From Perkinsus chesapeaki ATCC PRA-425 (lineage: Eukaryota; Protista; Perkinsozoa), in contig JAAPAO010000118.1 of NCBI GenBank assembly GCA_013115145.1, forward strand, positions 1 to 64,000: a stretch of DNA of 64,000 bases. The letters run 5' to 3'. The notes under the pieces are model-generated. The model saw only the letters and a list, made by a program, of their open reading frames with translations, had not been told where the DNA came from and did not search any database. Positions 42,469-53,700 of this stretch are shown in pieces; position 1 is the first letter of the stretch, and each line of letters starts with the position of its first letter. The position numbers were made by a program, and so were the translations under genes.

Positions 42469-43055
42469 ATAAGCCATCATTTGCTGAGTGTTTCCGTAGA
42501 CCGCACTAGTTGTGTAGCCAGTAGTACTTCGGGCAGTCATAACGAAACGACAGAGACATGGGCTGATACCGGAACGGGAAAGCCTAGGTGGAGTGTACCA
42601 CATATCAATGGGCAACAACAATCTTAGACAGTTCTCTGATCGGTGTAGCTGTGGAAACTAAAGGAGGCCGGGGGCTAGTCGATCGAACCACGATCTAGTT
42701 AAGGCTACACTTAATCGCGAAGGGGAAGCGAGTCGGCTCGGTGAGAATGATTAACTTGACTCCTGTCTGTAATATATTGCTCTCAAATGGCCGAAGGAGA
42801 GTGCACTATTTCCTGAAGCGATGGTTGCGAAGCTTCCTATCGGCGAACGATCGTATCTTCATGATCATACTAGACTCAACATTAGTGCGGTTAGTGCTCG
42901 AACGATGCGGTTGATAGTGGTAGACAGACTTTTTGTTAATATGTTTTGTACGGACAAAGTATATCGAGATTTAAGCACAAAGGCGAGAATAAAGGATACT
43001 ATAGGACTTGCCAGGTCAGGGCACAAAGTTGGACGCTGGGTTGCTAAATGCCTCA

Positions 43056-43457
43056 TTAATGCTTCTTGAATTTAATGCCAAGAGCTTCAATCCAATCTGA
43101 ACCATGGGAGAGGCCCGACCAGTCGTCGATGTCCGTGCAGAGCAGCCTAGCAAACGTCTGCAGCTCAGCATTGCCTTTGTCAAGATTGAGAGAATGCCAA
43201 GGCCAGCCACCTCTGGAATACTCCACATTGTGCCATGAAAACTCATAATCAGAAGCAAACAGACGAGTGGCAAATATACTCACAGTACCAGTTCTACCAT
43301 CTTCGTCAGATCTGGTCACGTTCCAACGCATATACAAGTCATCATTGTAGCCAGTGTAAAGACCAGTTTCTGGCATATTACAAGATCTTACAAGATAAGC
43401 GGCCCAGATGGCCGTAACGTATACCCTGTAGATGACGCTTCTGCTCAATAGGGACAT
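43056..43457 (-). CDS. Small hypothetical secreted protein (133 aa)
   Basis: Single ORF with an N-terminal hydrophobic stretch. Confidence 0.5.
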   Translation of the reverse strand: MSLLSRSVIYRVYVTAIWAAYLVRSCNMPETGLYTGYNDDLYMRWNVTRSDEDGRTGTVSIFATRLFASDYEFSWHNVEYSRGGWPWHSLNLDKGNAELQTFARLLCTDIDDWSGLSHGSDWIEALGIKFKKH

Positions 43458-43805
43458 GGGTTGGACTTTACTAAAGAACTGAGAATAACAATTAATGCTC
43501 GACGGTGGCATACGATGGTACGATGGCAAATCGAGGAATTGCTATGATTGCGGAAGGGTCGCTGCCATCTCGATATTTACGACTGTCAGTAATTAGCACG
43601 CCAGTTGTTGAAACTTTACTGCAGTTACTATATTGGTTACGAATTACTACTACTTGTCACTGGTGCAAGAGTGACAAAAATAAGGGATCGGAGTGTCCGA
43701 TCCGGATACCCTGCCTAACGGGTGAAGCTTAAAGAAGTTCTAGAATACTCTGCGCCATATGGACTGTAAGGCATCTGGTGGATGGAAGTACAATAAGGTA
43801 GCCGC

Positions 43806-43827
43806 ATTGCAGACTGCAATTTTCAGT
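43806..43827. mobile_element. 22-bp footprint (1 mismatch), 8-mer ATTGCAGT
   Basis: attgcag-actgcaat-tttcagt. Confidence 0.65.
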
Positions 43828-44355
43828 GGCAACTTAGGTTAAATGTACGTTCGTTCATAAGGAGTGTACGGGAACGTGAGATTGCCACTATAACCATGTT
43901 ATACACTTCAGGGGCCCGCTGGAACTCACTCATGCAATAGATGTTACCCTGGTAGGGAAGAGACCTTAGCTCTGTGACGTGACACGTACAGGACTCTGGA
44001 TCTATAAAACAATTCGATACGTTGAAACTTCAGCTTATTAACAGAACGCAACACGATTCATGCGTTGAAGTATTCATCTTGGCTACACCAGAACTTCAAC
44101 AGAGCAGCTCGTGTTACATGAGCCCAGGCAGCCTGGGATGTATTCCATTGTCACCGGGACACTATATAACTGTCGCCGTGACACCGACAGCGGTGTCTTC
44201 GTAATCATTTCAAGTCTTGCGACTCGTGGGAATTTCCATGTGAAATTTTACCTCATGAAATTGACATTGTTAGTTTGGCAACCCTAACGCACTCAAGCAC
44301 GACACCTGGGGAATACAAGCACTCCCAGGATTCTAATCGCAGCTACGCAAGTCTA

Positions 44356-44395
44356 GCACCGCCAGGGTATCACGGTGCCGTGATACCGCACCGCC
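44356..44395. mobile_element. 24-bp near-palindromic insert flanked by an 8-bp direct repeat (GCACCGCC)
   Basis: gcaccgcc-agggtatcacgg-tg-ccgtgatacc-gcaccgcc. Confidence 0.5.
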
Positions 44396-44508
44396 TTCGC
44401 TACCCTAAGTTTTCTGAGACAATCGGCACTTGCAAAGTTCGGTCAAACGCACCTTCGAGTTGGTGATTGATTTCAGCTCTGGTTTATTAAGCACCTCTGC
44501 GTTGATTT

Positions 44509-45597
44509 ATGGGTATACGGATTTCGGACGTCCTCTATCTCCTTCAACAGCTATCCCCTCTTTTCTGGGCTGCCGATTTGTATAGAATTCCTATTTCCCG
44601 TGAGGACGTGTTTCCGGGTGATACATGGGGGCAGCTCGTAGCCCCGATTAAGGTCGGTAACTACGACACCTACGCCCTTATCGATACTGGAACGCCACTC
44701 CTTTTCTTCATCTGGAGGCATTGGTTCGAAGGTGTTCAGCCCGGCGGTTGCAAGTTGTACGTTTTTGGCTGCTATGAATGTTCCCCTGATGTTTGCACCA
44801 AAGGCGATGAAACTACCTTCAAGTATGATAATGACTATACGGTAACTCTATTCAGGCAGCAGGATACCCTTAGCCTCGGAGCTTCGAGTGTGCCGCATAT
44901 TTCTTTCGGGTTGGTAACTGGCGTTAGCAAGCGACCATGGGCATCTCTCGGACTTGCTCCGCAGACTCCACAAACACACCCGTATCGTACGTTAATAGAC
45001 CAGTTGGCGCAGCGGCGGTTGATAAATGAGACCACTTTTTCTATTTACCTCAAGGACAACGAGCATCCAAAGGGTGAGCTGTTGCTGGGAGGGAGTGATC
45101 CAGCTAAATATCGCGCCCCTTTGAAGTACATCCAAGTTTCTGGATATGGTGTGTCGAATAATAAATGGTCGGTTGAGCTACGTAATTTGAAAATCGGTCA
45201 GACAAGGGGGATCATAATTACCCCCCAAAATGTCGATGTGGATACAGGCACCAACCATCTAATCATGCCCGACTGGTTCAAGCGAAATGTGCTAAATCTC
45301 TTGAGGAACTCAGGACAAAAGCCGGTGACTATTTCCGAGGACGCTGAGGGATATCTGGTAAAATGCTCCGACACACCTAACCTGCCTTCAATGACATACA
45401 TTTTCGTTGGACCACAGGGCCAGGAAGTTCCCCTCAGAATTCCCCCGACTAGCTTATTTCGCAAGTCAGGCGATGACGTCTGCCGTTTGCTCCTATACTT
45501 TACCGATGACTGGCTTCTGGGAATAAATGCTTTTATTGGCCACTATTTCTCTTTTCACTGGACAAAGAGACTAATCGGATTCTCCGAGGCGGTGTAG
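44509..45597 (+). CDS. Secreted pepsin-like (A1) aspartic protease, intronless
   Basis: Two catalytic motifs ALIDTGT and VDVDTGT, ELLLGG, and a LLGINAF end motif. Confidence 0.93.
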   Translation: MGIRISDVLYLLQQLSPLFWAADLYRIPISREDVFPGDTWGQLVAPIKVGNYDTYALIDTGTPLLFFIWRHWFEGVQPGGCKLYVFGCYECSPDVCTKGDETTFKYDNDYTVTLFRQQDTLSLGASSVPHISFGLVTGVSKRPWASLGLAPQTPQTHPYRTLIDQLAQRRLINETTFSIYLKDNEHPKGELLLGGSDPAKYRAPLKYIQVSGYGVSNNKWSVELRNLKIGQTRGIIITPQNVDVDTGTNHLIMPDWFKRNVLNLLRNSGQKPVTISEDAEGYLVKCSDTPNLPSMTYIFVGPQGQEVPLRIPPTSLFRKSGDDVCRLLLYFTDDWLLGINAFIGHYFSFHWTKRLIGFSEAV

Positions 45598-46240
45598 AAA
45601 ACAGCAGAACACTTGTACACATGGAGCAATTGATTCTAGGCTATATAACGTAAGGTGACTGATTGATGTCACATTTCTTTACTGAGTAGATGTTGATCAC
45701 ATGTGTCTGAGAGACTTACATTTCTTTACAGAGTAGGTCTACACCGGGGTAGCTACCTCAGAATGCTGGCAGAGTAGCATTTATCGTAGCCCGAAGTATC
45801 ACGAGGGTCTTGATCTCTTAGTTTCACTCAGACTTGCGTTAGTTACCTATTATGAGACGGTTCTAGCTCCGGTCTTTCATACAGAGTCTTGATTTAAGAT
45901 CTACTTTGAGAAATTTATCACTTTTTCGGGTTCCGTTTCTGAGTGCCGATGAGCCGCGCTTTGAAGCATCCCAAGCCGGAGGGTTTTGGTGGGAGATACA
46001 ACACGCTAGACTGCGCCAACGTCCCAAGCCGCACGCAACTTGCCAGTGTAAAGAGGACCAGAAGAACTGGGCCCAGCGCGGAAGAACGAGCTGCCGAAGC
46101 TTGTAGGCTGGGTAGTTCTCGTTCACGTTCCTTCTCTATTGCTTCCCTTTTCCTTTTCTTAGGCCACCCGCCTACTTGGAAGGACATGATAATGATGAAA
46201 AGAGCGGAGATTTCCATCTAAAATGTAGTTAGTGACTAGG

Positions 46241-46273
46241 AGTGACTGAGTCACTCCGGAGTCACTGTGACTC
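46241..46273. mobile_element. Variant footprint with an extra inverted copy, 8-mer AGTGACTC
   Basis: agtgact-gagtcact-ccg-gagtcact-gtgactc. Confidence 0.55.
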
Positions 46274-46459
46274 TATTGCGGTGTCACATTACTGCTCATT
46301 TCACTTTCGTGCCTCGAATAACTCTACAGCATTTATTGGAGGTACTTGAAACTAATATCGGACGCATGTAACGTGTTAAAAGTAACCAAGAGGAGCATCA
46401 TACCATCAATGCAGAGAGTAAACGAAAATATGAATCAGATGATTGATCGGCCGTGAGAG

Positions 46460-49400
46460 TCAATCCAGACTGTCGACAAGTCCTGCTCCGAAAACTCCTC
46501 GTCGCACAGGTTGTCGCCTCGTTGCAAAGCGGGATCCCATATCTCCAATGTTGCTCATAGTCCTCGATCGTAGGTATCTTTTACTCTTTGATACTGAACC
46601 ACCACCGTTACTCATGAAAGTAGCAGCGCTGCGGCTTGTGGCGTCGGCTGCAGCATTTGACTGGGAAAAGTCGTTAGTCCTCATCAGGGCTCGTGGATCC
46701 TCGGCACTCAGCCAGCGGCTGCCCATACCGCCGTTACAATCTTGGATGAATCTGAGGCATCAAAAAGCCTCATGATTGGCGGGAGTACGAGGCTACCTGT
46801 CAGATGCACCCTCCGAACACTCTTCTCTTACTTCGTCGTCTTTGTGCAGCACGGAGTCGAGCCCATCTCTATACGCGCCGAGACGAATGCTCCAGGTTGA
46901 CTCCTGGGCTCCACCGTCAGCAGCCTCAGCAGTTGCCGCTGTAGACCACACACGACTGAGAACAGGCTATGAGTTCGAGTATCAGGCAATGGGACAACCG
47001 ATACTTCTCACAAACGGCTTACTCACCTGAGAGTCGGGCGTGGTGCATGACTCGCTGGGGATGCCTCGTTCATTCCAGCTTGGAACGGAGTAGAGAAGTC
47101 GACCTGAGGTGGAGTCCGTATCACAATCGCTTTATCAGATTGCGAATATTAGTCAAATAAATAAGGATCTAGGGTGGCACCTGGTCTCTGGACGTATAAA
47201 AGGAAGAGGTAGATTTCCCAATGGTTGACTCGTAGTCGAACAATGCGATGGAGTCGAGGTTGCTGACCTGCAAAGGCTAATGTCATTTATAACAAATAAC
47301 ACTTTTTACATCAACATTGTAGACCCCAGTGTTGCCAACTCGCTGAACTATGCTCATCCAGCAAAGGCTGATATCTGTCCCAGGTGGCAGCCACGTCACG
47401 TCAGTCAACGGCCAAGACTTTTTTGCACTGATCTCGTGTCCTGGGCGACAATTGCTGTGCGACTTTCCAAACTACTCATGGCATACCTGTTGTAGCGTCC
47501 GTGAACTCTAATGTGCAGACAAGTTCGAAACTGCTTGCTGCATCCTTAATGCCAGTCGAGATACACGACGAACGCGTTGACGATGCTGCGTATGAGCGAT
47601 GGGAGGAGTGTCGCCTGGATCCAAGTATGTAGAAACATAGCTATCGATAGCGTACTGTGGCGTCACTGGATGGTCATGAGTAGACGTCGGTGTTATGGGA
47701 CTCGGCCAGATGTTAGCAGCAGGCATAGCAGGCTGTGGTGGAGGATTAGGAGGAGGAGCCACCGTGCTGCTCACTTGACGCGTCATCTTGTAACTATCGC
47801 TTGAGGATTGCAAACGATAACAGCGAGATGCCTCACTGTTCGCTAAAGTGTCTAACCCAAAAATGTTGTCCTACTGTAGAGGTACTTGTGGGACAGTTAA
47901 GAGTCCCACCGATGACGCTTTGGTCCCCAGGGGTGCCTATAAGGCGAAGGATATAAACGTGAGTGTATGTCATGAGAAGATACCAGTATCAATGCCAACA
48001 TCTTCGTCGTTGTCATCCTTCAGAACGTCTGCTTGGTGCAGCAGTGGCAGGCGTTCCACTGGGATGTAGGCACACACCTCCACGGGAAGGCTCATGAATT
48101 CCAGCGGTATTGACGTATCGAAATAATGCAGCTCCTGAGTAAATGTGATTGAATACAACAAACTACTGACGACGAGTGCTTCAATGTTGAGTGATGACAT
48201 GTTTAGAAATACAAAAACTTGATATTGTAATTTGGCAACTGTGGCAATGTGACGGAGCTGCAGTTTGAAATCGATAGTAATGATAATCGATCGCAGAGGT
48301 CGCCCAAGGTGTTGGGCACGGACTAATAGATCCGATGTTTGCAAATTGCAATCGATTGCTCGTCTCATATCGCAGTGGGTCGGTTTAACTGACCTGTACT
48401 GTAGGACAACTCCAGTTGTCTTCCGATGCAGGATGATGCTCAATAAGGAAAAGTCGCATGGATACGTGGAAAAAGTGACGGTGAAAAACCTGCGGAGAAC
48501 TGTCGTGCTTTAGACGTATGTATTGGTTACATTGACGAATCTAAAACACAGCCTCACGTGCTCCCTATCCGCGACAACGCTGTTGGTATGAAGCTGTGTC
48601 GGTCTATCAGGACCAACCCTGGATAAAAGGCCGAGGGTGTCTTTGACGAGAAAAGAACAACTTACCCACCAAGAACGCTGAAGGAGTCCTCGCAAGGAGG
48701 AATGGCAAACAAGCGCGTCGAGAACGCACATGCTAGATCTCGGGAACCTGAAGCAAGATTGTATTGGGCAAATGTACTGAAGCGTACTGTCTAAAGTAAA
48801 CTTGGCAAATACAATACCAGTCAGGGCCGTATGTTGCAAGAGACCCAATATAGAGATAATAGTTACCCCCACATTGGTGGCGAAACATAAAGGCTCTTTA
48901 CCACCGTAGCCTATAGTAAAAAGAGTTTGAACCTAGAAAGGAGACTGGCACGAGTTCGTGCTTTGTAGGGGATAAGGCTGAGGACATGGTATTGATAAAT
49001 AAATGTGACATATAATTCAACTGAAGGGACCTACCACAAAAAAGTAATAGTCCGCTAGATTGTGGACGTCTTTGGTGCAGACAAAGTCGCCGTCGAACGA
49101 TCGAAGACAGACCGCGTAAAGAAGTATGACGATTATGTATCTATTAGAGATACTAGATAGCACGGGTTCGAATCCTGGTTGGGGCAGGCGTACATAATAA
49201 TGACTAGGAAAAATATAGTATGCCATTTCAGTCGAATTATTGAGGGAAATGTATCGTAAAGCCAGTTCAAATAAACCTGAATGAACCCCCTCCCGTTTAA
49301 AGGAGACTACCAGGCGTCGTTTGTGTTACCTTTGTTATATACGGTATTAAACGATGGACATTGAGGTTGCCTCTTGTGGAGATTAAACTACGTCGGTCAC

Positions 49401-50303
49401 CTTGTACGAAAAGCTTAAGATTTCTCCTCTCCATGCTGTGCTGAGATGTCCCTGTCCTGAATGGAGATGACACAATTACCGTGCTACACTGCTCAAGATA
49501 TTCCGGAGCACAAAATGAAGAATCCGTCTGAGCAGGAAATCTATCGGAGAGCACTGGTTATAGAACCAATATGGATTAGAGGGCCACAGAGTGCACTAAG
49601 TTAAGCTCCATGCGACTGAGTCACAGATTCGGGAAAACGCAGAGTTGCTGCAGCAGCAATGCTGCTCACTCAGCAAGGTCTTCTACGGGGCATATGGGTA
49701 TTGGTGTAGCCTTCAATGAAGATACTTCGGACGATAAATGAGCAGCGGGTAGGGGGAAAGTCTGTTGGTGCCGCAGCTGCGGTCGGCCAATTCGTTCTGT
49801 GCTGCATGTCTCTGCATGACTCGAGCACGGGTCAGCTTCTTGAACTGACCTTGACCGCTGAGAAGACGACGCAATAAACGTCCCTGAGTCACCATGTACG
49901 CACTCACCGGTGGCGCCACGTTATGCCCGGTCGATCCTTGCTTGGAGGCCCTGGCTGGCATGAAGGGCGACGTAGTTGCATATGATGGTGGTCGCCAAGC
50001 TATGGGAGAGCTCCCCGGAGTGCTATCCTTATTAGCTTGCTGTGCACTCGATGCCGTGCTGCTGGCCAGAGGGATGGAATCTGCAACAACCTTCGGCAAA
50101 TGAGAATGCGTAGCCTTACCGCCTCCAGCATCACTCGAAGATATCGTTTCTACTCCACCGCACTCTAAATCCTCCTCATCTTCCTCTTTCAACAATGGCA
50201 AGACTAATGGCGGCTGTTCTCGTGGTAAACGGTTAGATATTGGCGGTGACGGTCGACATGATAGTCGAGTATGTGGACCGCCGCCGATCAATGGTGATGT
50301 CAT
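46460..50303 (-). CDS. Inward-rectifier K+ channel (Kir/IRK-like) with long low-complexity termini, multi-exon
   Basis: Spliced pore YYFFV/VQTLFTIGYGG (filter at 48903-48917), then TM2 TIISILGLLQHTALTGIVFAKF; downstream cytoplasmic-domain-like exons (VRLCFRFVNV). Confidence 0.8.
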
Positions 50304-50329
50304 GCTAAGTAGACTACAGATTCAAGCAA

Positions 50330-50742
50330 TTGCGTTTTACAGGAAGCTGGCATCAGTTGCTGGTCGATGATTTTCATCATCGTCAAAGGGAATCAGCTAG
50401 CTTTTCAAGTTCACTGTCACAAGGGGAATTATACCTGCACGCATGCACGAGCTCCTACAGCATCGAGCAAACCGCGTTCACGGAATATCACCAGTGGTAC
50501 TTCATCACGGTAGTGCAATTGCCAGAACCATTCGAAGTATCAGATATCATATCTATTTCCGTGAAGCTCATGCTATGACTTCTAGAATACTCTACATGGT
50601 CTATAATGCACTTGGTGGATGAGAGTACAATACGATAGCCGCCTCGCAGTACTAACGTTGATAATGTGTTCGTCTCGTTTATGAGAAGCAGATCGAATCG
50701 CGAGAGCAGTATAGACTCCGCCTGGTATCGCTTACGTAACAC
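50330..50742 (-). mobile_element. Decayed fragment resembling the APE endonuclease of a non-LTR retrotransposon
   Basis: LLSRFDLLLINETN...GGYRIV resembles D.ilLqET...GY; later YNSP; contains stops and no RT nearby. Confidence 0.4.
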
Positions 50743-50745
50743 GGG

Positions 50746-50767
50746 GATTAGGCCCTAATCATTAGGG
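50746..50767. mobile_element. 22-bp footprint (perfect), 8-mer GATTAGGG
   Basis: gattagg-ccctaatc-attaggg. Confidence 0.75.
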
Positions 50768-50875
50768 CGGTAGAGAGGGAACCCTAGGTGAGAGCGGACC
50801 AAAAGTCTCGCCCCGTCACCTCACGGCGACCCCGAGACTCAGCAACATTTTCATTCCATCAAACGCGCCTACGGG

Positions 50876-50897
50876 CTGGTGGGCCACCAGTGGTGGC
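50876..50897. mobile_element. 22-bp footprint (perfect), 8-mer CTGGTGGC
   Basis: ctggtgg-gccaccag-tggtggc. Confidence 0.75.
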
Positions 50898-50923
50898 TGA
50901 GCTCGGCTCTCGTTTATTGAGTA

Positions 50924-50945
50924 CCTCTGCCGCAGAGGCTCTGCG
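50924..50945. mobile_element. 22-bp footprint (perfect), 8-mer CCTCTGCG, with paralogous empty site at 44494-44501
   Basis: cctctgc-cgcagagg-ctctgcg. Confidence 0.85.
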
Positions 50946-50952
50946 TTGATTT

Positions 50953-52094
50953 ATGGGTATACGGATTTCGGACGTCCTCTATCTCCTTCAACAGCTATCC
51001 CCTCTTTTCTGGGCTGCCGATTTGTATAGAATTCCTATTTCCCGTGAGGACGTGTTTACGGGTGATACATGGGGGCAGCTCGTAGCCCCGATTAAGGTCG
51101 GTAACTACGACACCTACGCCCTTATCGATACTGGAACGCCACTCCTTTTCTTCATCTGGAGGCATTGGTTCGAAGGTGTTCAGCCCGGCGGTTGCAAGTT
51201 GTACGTTTTTGGCTGCTATGAATGTTCCCCTGATGTTTGCACCAAAGGCGATGAAACTACCTTCAAGTATGATAATGACTATACGGTAACTCTATTCAGG
51301 CACCACGACACCCTTAGCCTCGGAGCTTCAACTGTGGCTGGGATTGAGTTCGGGTAGACAACTGGCAGTTATCAACTGGCACCAACGCGCGACCCTGGGC
51401 CACTCTAGGAGTAGGTCTATAGACTCGGCTTATACATCCATATCGTAAGTTGATGAAGCAGCTAAACTTAACTAATTACAGTTCTTCTATTTACCTTGAG
51501 GATGACGAGACAACCTCAACCGTTTTAGATTGGAGGAGCCAACTAAATATCGCGCCCCTTTGAGGTACATTCGGGTTTCTCAAGATGGTTGTCGAATTAT
51601 AAATGGTCGGTTGAGCTGGGTAACTTGATCATCGGCCAGACGAAGGGCATTGATACCATTCCCAAAGTGTCGATGTGGATAAACGCACCAACAATCTAAT
51701 CATGCCCCACTCCTTCAAAGAAAATGTGCTGAATCGCTTGGGGAACTCAGGACAAAGGCCGCCGGTTACTATCTCCGACGACGCTGAGGGATATCTTGTG
51801 GAGTGCATAGCCGATACAGCTAACCAGCCTTCTATAACGAACTTCTTCCTTGGACCACACGGCCAGGAATTTCCCCTCAATATCCCTTCAAGTAGCTTAC
51901 TTCGTAAATCCAACGGACCGTTGGCAACGGTATCAGCCGTTTTTGCTCTTATACTACGGCGATGCTGACTGGGTGCTTGGACAGTCCACCCAGTCAGCGC
52001 ACTTATCCAGTCCAATGGGCTGAATGCCATTCTTGGCCATTATTTTTGCTTATATTGGAACGAGATACTCGTGGGGTTCTCTGATGCGGTATAG
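50953..52094 (+). pseudogene. Aspartic protease pseudogene, copy of 44509-45597
   Basis: The first ~370 bp are almost identical to the intact copy; stop at 51355-51357; frameshifts follow; second DTG changed to DKR. Confidence 0.9.
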
Positions 52095-53700
52095 CAAATA
52101 TGGGAACACTGCCTCCATGGGGAGCAATAGATCATTGGCCGAGCTACTTTAGGTGACCAAATGTTATTTAGGTCACATTCCTTTACATACTCATCGGGAC
52201 TGCTACCTTAGCACTTTGGCAGAGTAGCAGACTGCAAGCACCACCCGTGACCCCCTCGCTTCACCCAGACCTGCGTTAATTCCTCATCACAGCTTGGTAT
52301 TCCCTACTATAAGACGGTCTCACGCTTGATTCTTCATCATCATCCAGGTCCCCAGCTCAACATGTCTATATCAACTGACACCAATTTGGTGTCATCGACC
52401 TCGCAAACTGTCAGGGCTGACCATACTTCTGAGGCGACGAACGCTCATTTACGCCTGCCTTGTAATTCACTGTGTGAATTCGCGTTAGGGTTGAAATTCG
52501 ACCGATTCCTTCAGTGCGTGCGAGTGCGATGTTCTACCATTGTATCCGACCCCGTATCATCTCGTATGGATGATGCATAGATTTTTGTGGTTAACTAAAA
52601 TCGGTAGTGCCCATATTTCGATATGGAGACATCCTCTGTTCCGCTGCGCCACCCATCAAGATCGCTATAGATCAAATGCAGGCTGCAGATCCCGACGTCA
52701 TAGAACATGTGATGAGGCAAACGGTTTGGCCCAAACGGGAGGACCTCGGTGGGATGCCCAAAATTCTAATCAAATATTGGACTGGCGCCTACGTACCTGT
52801 CTGACCGATTGCCCAGCCACTCAACTCGCCAGTAGCCCTGGAGATAGGATTCAGAAATTCAACAGAAAGTATAGCAGAAACGGGGACATGCTAAAAGGCG
52901 AAACGTTTACCGGACACTCCAAAGGGTCGACTTTCGTTCTTCAGCTTCCTCTCCAGCCTCAGCGCTCTGAACTCTTCCTCGATAGCTCGATATGCGCACC
53001 GAGCCTATTAAATAGCTATCAAGAGTGAAGCAGGATCAATACTGTACCTTGGCAGGGGCGTTCTTGCTGACTTTCATATTAAAGACCTTCTGTCGAGCCT
53101 TCGTGGGCCTTTTAGTGGCGAACGTCCGACATGCTTGGGTTAACAAAGTGAATGGCATACCAGGACACGCTTGATCATAGGAACTGATATCTTTGGTGAG
53201 TGAGTTCAAGCTACTTTTGGGTTAGTGGGAGTAGCACTGAGCACCCAACACTGTATGGAATGGAAGAAACCATATAAAGTTGGGTAACTATTAGGCGACA
53301 GAGCTTGACACTGGAGCACCCGCCGGTAACAGGGCTCCTATACTTCAGCTTGGACGCCAATTCGACGCATTCTACGAATGCATTAAGGGACGCTACCGAT
53401 CGCAAGAGGATTTGATTGCCAAAATGTGCTAGTATACCTGAGCACTAGCTGGAACCACCATAGGTAGTAGAAGGGAGTTTGACGGGCATCCTATCAAGGC
53501 AAATCCTCAACAGCCGCTTCACTCATCTTGCTCTGCTGCGCCAGACACAAGTCACGCGCCACGAAATCATTATTGTCGCGCACGCCCAGGAAGACGTTTC
53601 CACAATACCCCCGACTGAACCTATTTTTTTGTACGCGTTGACAAAATCTCACATCGATTGTTGGTCTGAGATCTTCTAGATTCTCTCCCTTGTTCCTATC

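Noticed and set aside
48903-48911. ACCGTAGCC matching the start of the Perkinsus/dinoflagellate spliced leader
   Set aside because: Only 9 nt match, and it is the antisense of the TIGYG codons of the K+ channel.
52326-53400. Open segments possibly forming a gene or transposase remnant
   Set aside because: No DDE, BED-finger or hAT dimerisation motif was seen and no consistent splicing could be read.
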